Both the position numbers and the translations under genes were made by a program. A stretch of DNA of 64,000 nt from Callorhinchus milii. Lineage: Eukaryota. Under the pieces are notes generated by a model that was given only the letters and a program-made list of their open reading frames with translations, was not told where the DNA came from and made no database searches. Each line of letters begins with the position of its first letter. The first letter of the stretch is position 1. Below, piece after piece: positions 50,891 through 63,905 of this stretch. The stretch is taken from positions 66,714,001-66,778,000 of the forward strand of contig NW_024704742.1 in assembly GCF_018977255.1 (NCBI RefSeq), written 5' to 3'.

Positions 50891-52589
50891 TGCCGGTCTT
50901 TTGCCCACAAAATATACTGTCAATCAACATTACAGTGTATCCTGTGAAGCGCTTTGAGATGTCTCAACAATGTGATAAGGTACTATATCAAATGCAAGGA
51001 TTATTATTAGTTATTAGTAGCTTCAAATTTTCCTTCCGCCATTTATAGAGGAGAGGGTGGAGATATTTTCAGTGTTGGTGGTACATTTCATTGTCAGAGA
51101 CGCCATCCTTCACATGATGAGACGTTAAACTGAGGTCCCATCTGTATCTCTTTAGACGAACGTTAAAGATCCCAAGGCGCTATTCAAGAAAGAGAGGGGT
51201 GTTGGCAGACAATCACCAAAATAAAATTGATCATTCAATTAATGACTGTTTGTTGGACTTGCCTTGGGCAAATTGGCTGCCCCATTTTGCCTACAAAATA
51301 ATAATAATCCTTGCGTGTGATTAGTGCCTTATCACTTTGTTGAGGCGTCTCAAAGTGCTTCACAGAATATATTGTAAAGTGAATTGACTGTATATTTTGT
51401 GAACAAAATGCGGAAGCAAATTGGACACAGCAAGGTCCCATAAACAGCCGTGGATTGATTAATCATATTGTTATTAATAAAAATACACAGCCAATGCACT
51501 TTACAGTATATCCTGTGGCATGCTTTTAGATGTCCACCCAATGTGAAAGGTGCTACATCGAATGCAAGGATTATCATCATTATTGTCATTTAATCCGATG
51601 CCATTCAGGCTGTAGAATCAAAGGTCTTTCAATAAAATGTCAGGATTGTTCACGGGGCTCAGAATGGAAGCTTAACTACAAGTGGCTGGTTTTCCCACCT
51701 TGGTGTGAATTGCTTGACTGGTGAAACCAAGCAACAATTAAACACTTTGCCACTAAACGGAAATGAGAAATTTGCAGTTTTTGCTCAAGACGAGAACAAG
51801 CCCCCACTGGGAGCTGAGGCTGAAAGGCCAATTGCCTCATTGTAAATATGGATTGTAGGCAATAACAATGTTAAAATTGTTTGTAGCAAAACCAAATAAT
51901 AATAATAATTTGGTCACTCAATCCACGACTGTTTGTGGGACACTGCTGTGCACAATTGGCTGCTGCGTTTCACCCACAAAATATATTTTGTATTCTGTGA
52001 AGTACTTTCAGACATCTTGAAGATGTGATAAAGCCCGAGATCAAATGCAAGGATTATTATTATTATCAAACCAAAGGAAAAGGTGATTTTTAATCCATTT
52101 GCCAAATCAGTGGGTGGGTGGTTTCAGATTAATTCCTTTTTGTGATGTTCTTCAGACAGTCTATTGAATAATCTTGCAAAATGTAATTTACTCACCTTGG
52201 TGTCAAAATTGTGACATGCGTGTGAATATTCTGTTTCAGTCCATCTTTGTCAGGCGAATTAATTTTGCATCGCAGTTAATAACAGTTCCAGGGTTAAAGC
52301 ACTTAGTTTTGGATTTCCTCCTGCTCGGTCCCCTTGATTTCTCAACCACACTCCTCGCAGGTCTCCCCAGTTTCATCATCCACAAGGTTCAATTGATCCC
52401 AAACTCCTTATCCTCACCTCCACTAAACTCCCCACACTCATCCCCTCAATGCCTGCACGACTCCTCTGGCTCCCCCATCTCCGAAACGATTGATTTCAAG
52501 ATTCTGATCCTTACATAAAATTCCCTTCCTGCCATCTCTTCCTCCCTGACCTGCTCGTACCCCACTCTTTTGCCCAACCACTTTGCTCA

Positions 52590-52735
52590 ACTAGCATTCC
52601 TGCTTACCTGATTCCGGAAAGTATTGCTATCTGGCAAGGTCACTGCTTGTCCAACTAGGAACACCCTACCCGTTAGGGCTTTGATTTGCATGGTTAAGAG
52701 GAGCTGAGTGGGATGATTCCCTGCCCCCAGTGACT
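52590..52735 (-). repeat. Family X copy (reverse)
   Basis: caccctacccgttagggctttgatttgcatggttaagaggagctgagtggga is the reverse of the family core. Confidence 0.85.
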
Positions 52736-53934
52736 TGTTGTTTACATTGCACCATTCCTTTCAAAACAAGTTTGTTCGTGTTTGAGAGAACAGGATTGAA
52801 GTTATTACAAATCTTTTAGTTATTACAAGTCTTTTAGTACTCCCCCTCCCTCTCTCCAGAATATATTAGTTAGAATTTATAACTCGAATAGCCTGTTTTT
52901 TTATTTTCTCACCTCACTCACCCCTTCGCTTTCTTACCAAGAGACCATTCCCCAAACCTCAGCAATCATCATTCTGAAAATACAGTGTCAAAGTTATCGT
53001 CCTTAAACCCAGCTTCTGTCTGCCTGTTCAGGTGGACATTAAAGATCCCATGGCACTATTTGAAAAGAGAATGGAGTTTCTCTCTCCTGGTTTCCTGGCC
53101 AACAATCCCCTAGATAAAATTGGTAACTCACCTCGTAGCTGTTTGTGAGATGTTGTTAGATGCAAACAGACTGCCACATTCGCCTACAAAATGTACATTA
53201 TCATAACATCATAACATCACTTGCCTGTAAAATGCTTTGAGGCATTTCAACATCATAGAAGCTGTATCAAATTATTGTATTATTGTATACAGACTCAGTG
53301 AAGGAGTTTTACTGACGTTCATTTTCTGAATGGAATGGCCCAGCTCACATTCTGATCTCAAGTGTTTCTTCAAGTCACTTATGACTTATTACCAAGGGTA
53401 GTCATCAATTGTTTTATATATTCACCCACCAAATACACAGTTACTTTACAGTAGATCCTGTAATGTGCTTTGGAACATTCTCCCAATGTGAAAGCCGCTA
53501 TATCAAATATAAAAATTATCATAATTATTATATTTTGATTGCTCTGAGAAAAAACAATAATAATCCTTGCATTTGATATAGCGCCTTATCACGTCATTGA
53601 GACATATCAAATCACTTCATGGAATATACTGTAAAATGAATTGACTGTATATTTTGTGGGCAAAGCCCGGCAGCCAATTCTGCACAGCAGTGTCCCACAA
53701 ACAGTTGAGTTATTATTTTTTTAAATATTACTAAACAGTTATTGTAATAATAATTTATTGCATTTATATAACTCCCTTCACATAAAAATGAAACATCTGC
53801 AAAATGAAGTTGAGTAGTGTTAAACGGGTTTCCATTCTGTACTTCTCCTTGTGTTAATAAGACTCCCAATATTTGCCCATCTCCCTCCTGGGTGCCGTTC
53901 ATGATAACTAGAAAGGAGCATTAGACGAGATAAG

Positions 53935-54405
53935 ACAGCAATAGAAAGGAAGATTGTAGATAGTGACAAAAGGGATTCAAAGACTTTTTGTAGAACTGTT
54001 AGCCATAGACTGCTTGTTAAAGAGCAGATAGACCCTTTAAGGCATGTGTTGGAAAGAGAGATTATGGAGGATCAAGAAATGGCAGATGGGTTAAAGAGAT
54101 TCTTTAATTCAATCTTCACAAATAAACACTGTGGTCAAATTCCAGATCCGATTATTTTAACTCAAAAACCTGGTAGTCTTTGATGAAACTAGTAGTCAGT
54201 GAAACTAGTCACCGGTGAAGAAATCCAAGAGAATTAAATACCCAACATTCCTCGGACACTAAAGTTTAGCAAAAATATAGACATGGTTTAAAAGGGATAG
54301 AATGAAAGGCACTAATTGGAGTTGAGATACAGATCAGCAATGATCTAATAAAATGGTGGAACAGGCTCGAGGGGATGAAAGGCCTACTCCTGTTCCTATG
54401 TTCCT
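53935..54405 (+). mobile_element. CR1 LINE, internally deleted (linker region joined to 3'UTR)
   Basis: RKIVDSDKRDSKTF...EDQEMADGLKRFFNSIFT-like linker, then gaacaggctcgaggggatgaaaggcctactcctgttcctatgtt. Confidence 0.8.
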
Positions 54406-54639
54406 CTTTAAATACAATTTGTTATTGTTGTTATTGTCAGCTGATCACACGAACGGACTATTCCACATCCTGGCTTCTCTCCTACACCAGACTTCACACA
54501 CTCATTACACTCAAGCTCCAATAGCTGAGAGGCCCAAGGCTAAGCTCCTTGACCTGGTCTTCAAACTCCTCTGCAGTCTTGCTCCACCCTACTTCTGCAA
54601 AAGCCACACATCAATACTTCAAGCTCACAGTCTATGCTG

Positions 54640-54985
54640 GCATTCCAATCAGTACTGGGGGGAGCGCTGCTTTGTTTGAGTTGCTAACATTCAGATGAAC
54701 CGTTAAACCAAGATCCAGTCTGTCTGTTCAGGTGAATGTTAAAGATGCCATTGCACCATTGAAAAAGAGAAGGGAGTTTCTTCTCATGTCCTGACCAATA
54801 AATCCCCCAGATAAAATTGGTCACTCACTTCATGGCTGTTTGTGTGACATTGCTGTGTGCAAAATTGGTTGCTGTGTTAGCCAGACAAAAATGCACAGTC
54901 ACTACACTTTACTGTGAGTCCTGTGAAGCGCTTTAAGTCATCCTCCTGACATAAAAGGTGATATACCAAAATGTAAGGCTTGTTA
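54640..54985 (+). mobile_element. SINE family B (DeuSINE), 5' truncated
   Basis: Deu domain and shared tail. Confidence 0.85.
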
Positions 54986-55372
54986 TTCAATAAAACATTA
55001 TTCTCTGCAGTCACACACTATGCATAGTTGGCTGGTATATTCCCCCATTCCTTTCAGCGCACTTAAATGCATGACAACTGGAAGGGTGGGATGGAGAGGG
55101 CGATGGTGAGGGGGCAGAGATCAATGTTCACATCCAGGTACATGAAGTGAAACAGATGCTCAGTTTATGAATAGTGAGCCTGACACAACATACATTTTGA
55201 GGGACCCAGATCGAGACCTGACTGGGAGACTTTCTATATAATGCTTTCCATGCTAAAGCATAGGTCGATTTGATGGGTGTGTAGTGAGGGCTGGGTAGGG
55301 GTGGGGCTGAAGTGAGGAGGAGAGAGGGGAAGTGAATACACAATGTATAGTTGTATAGTTGGCTGATATATT

Positions 55373-56330
55373 AAGCATTAACATCCAGAGATCCCATTTA
55401 TTGTTTGCTGCTATCTGCGATACAGCATCAATCCAGGCTTTAATTCAGCTTTTGGGTGGACATAAAAGAGTAATCAGCGCTCTCTCCGGGCTTTGAACAA
55501 AAGTATAACTGACTGAAGCTATCCATTTAAAAAAGAAAGAAGAAAAAGTGAAAGCACCACTGACTCCGCGCTTTATTCTCTGACACCATCCATCTTTCCA
55601 AATTGATTTTTGATATCCATAGTGACCTGGAAGGGAGACACAGCGATAACTCTTGGAAAGTGGAAAACAATATTTTTCCCACAAATATGAATTACTCGCC
55701 GGCAGGTTAAATCTACTGTGCAATGAATTATGTGACCCCGGAGCCGCTATAATTCTTTTGAATTTTACAGAGTCGTGAGAGGGTGCGGGCAGCTCTGACA
55801 AGCACTTAACAGCCAAAATCAGTCGCCGACAACTCCCCTGGACATTTGATTTAGCCCACTTCAAGCCTGACGTTGTCAGTCAATTGTTAGGGTCCAAAGC
55901 GCCCGCATTCGCGATCACACGTGTTGTATGCACACACCCACCAGGAGAAATTAAATTAAAAAAAAGAAAATAACATTCGTTCACTTCCAAAGTTGTAGGT
56001 TTCATTTGCTGATTTTTTCCCTCTCTCCCCCACCCACCCCCCCTCCCCAACCCGCAGAAGATGCGAATCTCTTTCCCTCTTGTTATTTCCACGCCATGAC
56101 AAACCAATGTAAGCGAGGAGCAAACGCCAGTTGAGATGAGAACAACAGACAAGGTGAAGCTCAGACACAGATGCACAGGGTAAAGAAATACCCTACATGA
56201 ACGCAGCGAGTTCTTCATTTTTATTTGAGAGCCGCTGTGCTCCTTTCCCAATGATTGACCTGTCAATTTCATATCTTCCAAGGCAACTAACCAATGATCC
56301 CTGTGAAACGCAAACTCTATGCTCAACACC
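55373..56330. promoter_or_regulatory. Long repeat-free island; putative conserved non-coding element
   Basis: About 950 bp without recognisable repeats, many retained CpGs, homeodomain and TALE-type motifs; no recognisable protein in any frame. Confidence 0.45.
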
Positions 56331-58265
56331 CACATACAGTATATCCTGTGAAGCGCTCTGAGATGTGATAAGGTGCTATAGCAACTGCAAGGATTATTAT
56401 TATTAATAATGAAAGATACGATAAGGCATCATCTCAAATTCAAGGATTATTATTAATAAAATATGTGATATGGCTCTATATCAAAAGCAAGGATTATTAT
56501 TACATTGATGTTTATTCATAAGAAAATTCAGCTTTGGTGGAGGTGTAATGTGACCAAGGCTATAGATCAAAGTAACAGATGGAGAAAAAAGAAATAGAAC
56601 CATAGAAATTTACAGCACAGAAGAAAGCCATTCGGCCCATCATGTGTGTGTTGGCTCTTTTAAAGGAGAATCCTTTCAATCTCATTTACCCGCCCTTTCC
56701 CCCTAGCCTTGTAGTTTACTCCTTTTTAAAATATTCGTCTAGTTCCCTTTTAATGTAAATTCTACCTCAATCACCAAAAGAATTAATTTAAGAATTTCTC
56801 ATAATTCTGCATGAGAGATCTTAAAATTTTGAGGCAAAATGGTCTTGGAAGCTAAGATTAGGTGGAATTTTGAGGACTTGGGCTATGTTTTTTTTTCCCT
56901 GTCAGGATGCCGTGATTATTTAGTTACCAAGTGTAAGATCCATTCGCAGAGCAGGGTTCCCTTCTGTTAGAATCATTGTTCATTAAAAATCCCTCCATAA
57001 AAGACCAATTAAAAATTAGCATCAACATAATTAGCTAACGCTGATATTTCATTTATTACGTTGTTTAAATAATTTTTCCCAAATTACCCTTTCAGGCACT
57101 CTGTCTAATTTAAATAATGGCTTAAATTAGGATGTCAAGCAAATGAAGTGACAGTTTTGTGTGTTTTAAAAATTACAGATTCATATTGTTTTTTATTTAA
57201 TTACTGGTGGAAGGATAATGCTACTGTTTTTTTACTCAAGTTCTTAAATAAAAATCATCTGTATCAATGCAATACAAATGTAATAATCCTCGCATTTGAT
57301 ATAGCGGCTCATCATGTTGTTGAGACGGCTCAAACCGCTTCACAGAATATACTCTAAAGTGAATTGTGGTCGAGATGCATTTATCTAGCACCTTTAAAGT
57401 CAGGAGGACGTCCCAGGCACTTGAGAGTCCTGGCTTGGTAGCCAAGGGGTGGGAGGTGAACAGGAGAAAGGTGACTGAAGGTGCTGTCAACAAGCTAGGT
57501 CTTATAATAATAATAATCCTTGCATTTGATATAGCGCTTTTCACGTCGGGAGGACGTCCCAAAGCGCTTCACAGAACACACTGCAAAGTGAATTGACTGT
57601 ATATTTGTGGGCGAACGTGGCAGCCAATTGCGCACAGCAATGTCCCACAAACAGTCGTAGATTGAAAATGACCAATTTATTATTGTTTTTGGTTTTGGAG
57701 GGATTATTATTAGGCGTGTGTCTTGAGATGGTTCTTGAAAGAAGTGAGCGAGGGGACGAGTCGGAGAGACTCTGGATGGATTTCCAGAGAGTGGGGGCAA
57801 ATGGGTTATAAGCCTGACCGCCAATAGTGGGGTGGGTAGGGTGGGGGACATGAAGCAGGGTGATATTGTCAAAAGTAACAGTAATTGTTAAATCACCTGT
57901 GAGATTTCCTTTAAAAAAATCCCTATTCTTTCTACGCCCCCTAAATACCTATCATTTTTACGTGAGATGGGGTCGGGTGAGGAGAGATTAAGGACTAATT
58001 TGCACATTTTGTCAAAGGATTTATAAATACAATTACAACAACGTGCACTTATACTGAACCCTTCATGCAGGATAGTGGCTCAAAGTGCTGAACAGTGGTG
58101 GGGCTGGACATTGAGGGAGGGAAAGGGGGAGATGACCTTAGGCAAGGTTGAAGAGGTGAGTCTCAAGGAGGGGGTTAAAAATTAAAAGAGGGTGAGCAGA
58201 GGGATAGAGGCAGGGAATTCCAGGGGACAAGGTGTGTAGAGGATCCTGCAGGTTCTGTGATGTGT

Positions 58266-58525
58266 CATAGGAACAGGAGGAGGCCATTCAGACCACCAAG
58301 CCTGTTCTTAAATGAATTAGTTCCTGGGAGATCTTTCCAGCTAAATGCCCTACACTCTCGCCATATGCCTTCATGCCTCTACTACCTAAGTCTATGTCTA
58401 TTGTTCTTTTAACCATCCCTATTGATTCCGTCTCTCCAGCTTTCTGGGGCAGCAGGTTCCACATCTTCATATTCCTCTGTGTGTGAAGAGACTCTTCCTC
58501 ACCTCAGTTCTAACCGACCTAAATG
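58266..58525 (-). mobile_element. CR1 LINE 3' end
   Basis: Minus peptides VRKSLFTHRG and MWNLLPQKAGETESIGMVKRTID; reverse 3'UTR cataggaacaggaggaggccattcag. Confidence 0.9.
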
Positions 58526-59747
58526 TAAATTGTTGTTGTCTCGGGTTTAAGACTGCGCCGCCTTGCGATGGACTCCTCTGCAAGAAGAAAGTCGTCCGAT
58601 AAATAAATAATAAATAAAATAATAAAATAATAACTTGGTCACTCAATCCACGACTGTTTGTGAGATTCTGCTTTGCGCAATTGGCTGCCATGTTTTGCCC
58701 AGAAAATATAAAGTCAATTGTGTGAAGTGCTTTGAGATGTCTCAACAATGTGATAAGGCGCTATATCAAATTCAAGGATTATTATTATTTCTTTTTATTA
58801 ACACTTTCTGTGAATCAGCTGCACATTTGCCTTAGTGAATCCACAGGAGCAATAGCCCAGGGAGAGCTTTCATTTGTTTTGCTGTTAACCGTTTCATGCT
58901 TTCATTGTTGCTGTTACACTGAGCAGCCAGAACTGATTGAGAATGTTGCTTGGAAGATGACCTTGTCAATTTTTTTCCCAGCTTAACACAATTGTCAGGC
59001 TGAAGAACATCTTGTTTTAATTATCTGCGCTAAAACTCGCGCACTTCGGTTACACTCTGCTGATTGCATTTGACACACACCTCCTGTAAAATTATCTGAA
59101 CAATAGCAGCAAAAACATTGTCTTTAATGTGCAGCCATGTCTCCCCATAATTGCATGTTGAGCCATTCACCATTAAAAGGGGGCAGCTATTAAATATCTT
59201 TCAGAGCTTTAATGTGTTAAATTATTCCTTGAGTTACTCGGTTATTATTGTTATTTATTATTATTATCATTATTATTACTATTATTATTATTAAGGGTCA
59301 AAACCTTAGCCAAGTTTCTTTACTCCACATTCCTCTGTTTACTTAGCAGTAAGTAGCAACCCAGTTGTTAGTCGATTAGCGGATCACTTTCCGCAATAAC
59401 CTATCAAAAAAAATTTGGGTCACTCAATCCACGACTGTTTGTGGGACACTATTGTACCAATTGGCTGCCACATTTCGCCCAGTCAATTAACTCTACAATT
59501 TATTCTGTGAAGGGCTTTAAGATAGCTCAACAACGTCATAAGGCCTTATATCAAATGCCAGGATTATTACTAGTAGTAGTAGATATTATGCAAAGAACAT
59601 GGTGCTTTTCCCATGTCAGGAAGGTAGATAAATATCAATGGGGGTCTAGTTTGTGGTATTTCTTAAATGAGGAATCCTAATCATATAAAACAGGGCATCT
59701 TTGTGCTCATAATGGGGAATGTATGAGCTCAAAGTCTCAACGTGGGC

Positions 59748-60712
59748 ATAACAACAACAACAAGATTACATTTGTATAGCGCCTTTCACGTCGGGAGGAC
59801 ATCCCAAGGCACTGGACAGTGTATAGCATTTCAGACCTGAGCTGGGGTTGGGGTGGGAAGGGAGGGGAGGGGAAGCGGGGGTGGCCGAGGGCATGGTCGA
59901 AGAGGAGGGTCTTGAGGCAGGACTTGAAGGAGGCTAAGGAGGGGGCGAGGCGGAGTGACTGGGGGATGGAATTCAGAGGTTGGGGGCAGAGTGGCTGAAG
60001 GCTCTCCCGCCAAAGATGGGGCGGATGGGTCGGGGACGTGGAGCAGGCCAGATCCGGCCGAGCGGAGGGGGCGGGCGGGCTGGTAGGGAGTTAGGAGGTC
60101 GCAGAGGTAGGGTGAGGCGAGGCCATGGAGGGCTTTGTGGGTGAGTACCAAGATCTTGAACTGGATCCTCTGAAGGATAGGGAGCCAATGGAGTCAGGTG
60201 AGAGTGGAGAGATGGGGTCACGGAGTTTGGTGCGGGAGAGGACACGGGCTACAGAGTTCTGGATTATCTGCAGCCTGTGGAGGGAGGAGTTGGGGAGGCC
60301 GACAAGCAGAGCGTTTGTATAGTCGAGCCTGGAGGTGATGAAGATATGAACAAGAGTTTCAGCGGCCTGAGAGGTGAGGTAGTGGCGGAGTCAGGTGATG
60401 TTATGGAGGTGAGGGAAGGCAGAGCAGGTCATGGCTTGGATGTGGAGAAAAAAAGACAGTTGAGGATCGAACAAGACACCTGGGTTCCTGACTGGCGGTG
60501 AGTTGTAGTGTGCAACCATGGAGATTGATGCTGCCAGAGCCTGAGGTGCTGAGGTGCTGAGGCGCTGGTGTGAGCCAATCAGGAGGACCTCAGTCTTGTT
60601 CACATTCAACTGTAGGAAATTTACCCTCATCCAGGACTTGATGTCCGACAGACAGTCTGTCAGGGCAGCAGTGGTCCTGGAGTTGAGGGTGGAGGCAAAA
60701 AGATAGAGTTGG
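59748..60712 (-). mobile_element. L2 LINE, 5'-truncated (~960 bp), least decayed copy
   Basis: QLYLF...LTDCLSDIKSWMRVNFLQLNVNKTEVLLIG...VRNPGVLFDPQLSF through to the 3'UTR and (TTG)n; many CpGs retained. Confidence 0.95.
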
Positions 60713-60713
60713 G

Positions 60714-60892
60714 AACAACAACAACAACAAGATTTCATTTATAGAGCGCCTTTCACGTCGGGAGGACGTCCCAAGGCGCTGGACAGTTGGGTCGGGACCC
60801 GAGCAGGGGAGAAATGGTCAGGGTGAGGGGAGGAAAGGGAGGGAGCGAGGAGGGAGTAGAGAGTCGAGAGGAGAGCTGAAGGCACGGTCGAA
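60714..60892 (-). mobile_element. Second L2 3' end directly abutting the previous copy
   Basis: (CAA)n then gagcgcctttcacgtcgggaggacgtcccaaggcgctggacag. Confidence 0.9.
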
Positions 60893-61969
60893 GAGAACAG
60901 ACGGGAAGGGAAATATTGGAAGGCCTGAAAAGCACTGGATGATGCAAAACACTGCGATCGATGGTTATGGGTTTGAGCCTACAATGTCTTACCTTTTTCA
61001 TTGCATGAAGGCAGGATGTGTGTTAGTACATTGCACCTTCCTGTGTAATTTGTGGGTTCATGCGAGTCCACATCACCTTTCCTTTTCTTAGGCTCGCCAA
61101 CCTTACTGCACTGTCAGCAGCGTAAAGAGCTGATCTGCTCCCAGGACTCAACTGGTGCCTCACTGTAACAAGATGTATCTGAAAAGAAAGAAACCAAGAA
61201 GATCTTCGAGATGCATGAAGGGCGATAGATAAATGCAAGTTGTTATGGTTGTGTCTGTCTAAATTGTTCCCATGTGGGCTGTGCGCAGCACATTGTCTGT
61301 GTTCACCATTGAGCCAGGCCGATATGTAATATATTTCGCCCATAACATACACAGTCAATACACTTTACAGTATATTCTGTAAGCGCTTTGAGACATCTCA
61401 ACAATGTGATAAGGAGCTGTATCAAATGTAAGGATGATCATTATTAAAGGGAAATGAGACATTGCTCACAACATGAATTAGCAATGACCTGGATCACAGA
61501 ATGGAGCAATGTGATTTATAAAGCATGCACAAAATTGGTGGGGGCTTTGGACTTGAATCCAGGAGCGATACATATTCCAATTTTAATGACACTCTCGTTG
61601 CACGTTTGACTATTCATGTGAAATTTTCAGAATCTAAATAGGATCTGAGCTTCCATTTCCAAGAATGGAGATTTCACAGTCAGAAAGGAAACCAGGTCAG
61701 AGTTGATTGTATGTTATCTGATATGTTAAACATTGCTTTTTGAGAGATTAACCCTAAGGTCTTATTAATATCTATAAAATATGGTATAATTATTTTTGAA
61801 CATTGCACTCCTCTTTCATATTTCCACCACTTTCCCATCTCAGCACTACTTTCCTGCAGGGAGAATGGAGCTCCAACCCATAACCTTCAATCGCAATGGT
61901 TTGTATGAGCAACAAAGCACATGTTTTTCAGGCTTTCCAATATTTCCCCTCCCTTTCAGTCACGCCCAC

Positions 61970-62868
61970 ATCGCGACTTTGAGCTAACACACTAGGTTGG
62001 CCCTCCAGTGCAGTGCTAGGGGTGCCTTAGACTGTTGGAGGTGCTGTCCTTCGGATGAGATGTTAAACTGAGGTCCCATCTGCCTGATAAGGTAGATGTT
62101 AAAGATCTCCTGGCACTATTTGTAAAGAGAAGGCAGTTTCTCCCATTTTTTATGAGTTTTACTGTAAAGTGTACTGATTATATTTTGTACGCGGACATGG
62201 CAGACAATTTGCACACAGTAATGTCCCACAAACAGCCATGAACTAAATGACCAATTTTATTCAGGGGATTGTTGGCCAGAACACCAGGAGAAACTCCCTT
62301 CCCTTTTTATGTGGTGCCATGGGATCTTTAATGTCTCATTCAAAAGACGGCACTTCCAACAATGCATCAACCCCCAGCACTGAATTATAGTGTCAGCCGT
62401 GACTACATGAGTTCAAATCCTAACTTGGGGCTTGAGCCCCTAAACTCTCTCAGAGGTGAGAGTTCCATCAACTGAGCCTGGCTGACTCCACAGTATCCTT
62501 ACATTGGAAATAGCTCCTATAACGTCCAAACAACCCAAAGCGCAGCCTTAAACCAGATCAAACAAAGCTCTCAGATTGAGGGTTGTGATTCCTAGACTAT
62601 CCCACAATTCTGTTGTAACAGTCAAATTGATAGTTGCATTTATTTGTTATAAAGGAATTTCCTCCCAGTGTCCTGGCCTACAATCCCCCAAATAAAATTG
62701 GTCATTCAGTTCATGGCTGTTTGTTGGACTTTGCTGTGTGCAAATGAGCTACCGCATTCACTTACAAAATACAGTCACTCCACTCCACAGTGAATCCTGT
62801 GAATCACTTTGAAACATTCTTCTAATATGGAAGACACTATACCAAATGCAAGGTCTATTATTATTATT
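61970..62868 (+). mobile_element. DeuSINE (+) interrupted by an inverted DeuSINE (~62155-62488)
   Basis: The + copy stops at gtttctccc (~62144) and resumes at cccagtgtcctggcc (~62664); a minus copy with head lies between. Confidence 0.8.
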
Positions 62869-63369
62869 GAACAAAAAGTCACAATTATGGTCTGGTGAGA
62901 AAATTATCACCAGCGATAACTATCACATCACATGCCATACATTTTCACCCCATAATGTTCCAGTCCTGCCAGCAAGCTTGGGTTAGTATGATAACTGAGT
63001 TGGGGGGGGGGGGGCAAATGCCATTTGTAAATAATTGAAATAATCTCTCACCATCTTAACCTGTTAATGGGCATTTCCAAAGCGTAGTATCATAACATTG
63101 ATGTGTATAATATCTCTATTCCACATAGCATTTAATGAGTCTACAAACTGTCTACATTTGCTGAACCTGGATCCCAATTGCTGCTCTTCAAATCTCGCAG
63201 TAAGGATCCTGTGTATTCATAAAAACCATTAAAGAGTCAGTGTTTTGATCACCGAAGAGGCTCGACAGCTAAGCGTGGTCGTGCATCATTTTTGTCACAG
63301 TGATAACATCACACACAAACAAGGCAATAAAGGCACCTTTATGACATGAATTGCATTATTGCAGTGGTT

Positions 63370-63642
63370 TACATACACACACAGACACACACACAGACAC
63401 ACACATACAGAAACACACACACAGAAGCATACAAACACACAGACGCGCACACACATACAGACATACACATAGACACGCACACACATACAGAAACATGCAC
63501 ACAGAAGCACACAAACACATACACACATACAGACACACACATAGACACACACAGAGACACAGACATACACACAGATTCCCACACACACACCACACACAAG
63601 CACACATCCACACACACACATGCACACATACAGACACACATA
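63370..63642. repeat. Degenerate (CA)n low-complexity tract
   Basis: Read directly from the sequence. Confidence 0.97.
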
Positions 63643-63905
63643 TAGTTTGCGAAGGAAGAGAAAGGTTTCCCCAACACTTTTCAGCACCAACTTTGGGTTA
63701 TTTTCTGCCTTTCAAGTTCCACATATTCAAATTCTGCTTGCCCGCCCCTCTCTGTCCCTTGATTTCTGAAACATAAAGATAGGAATACAACGTCTCTTCA
63801 TGCCTCCCACCAGACTGAAGGCTTGTTCCCAGTTTTTAGAAGATTCTGTTAAAATTAATTGAAAGATCGAGTCCTCTCTCTTTCTCTCTTTTTTTTGAAG
63901 TGCAG

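Noticed and set aside
52185..52200. Strong minus-strand donor AAG|GTGAGT
   Set aside because: No convincing upstream acceptor or recognisable frame; isolated donors arise by chance.
56340..56503. CRISPR-like repeat-spacer pattern
   Set aside because: The units are SINE 3' ends in vertebrate DNA, with no unique spacers and no cas genes.
56785..56828. Short hairpin tttctcat/atgagaga with AT-rich extension
   Set aside because: AT-rich and short; compatible with chance.
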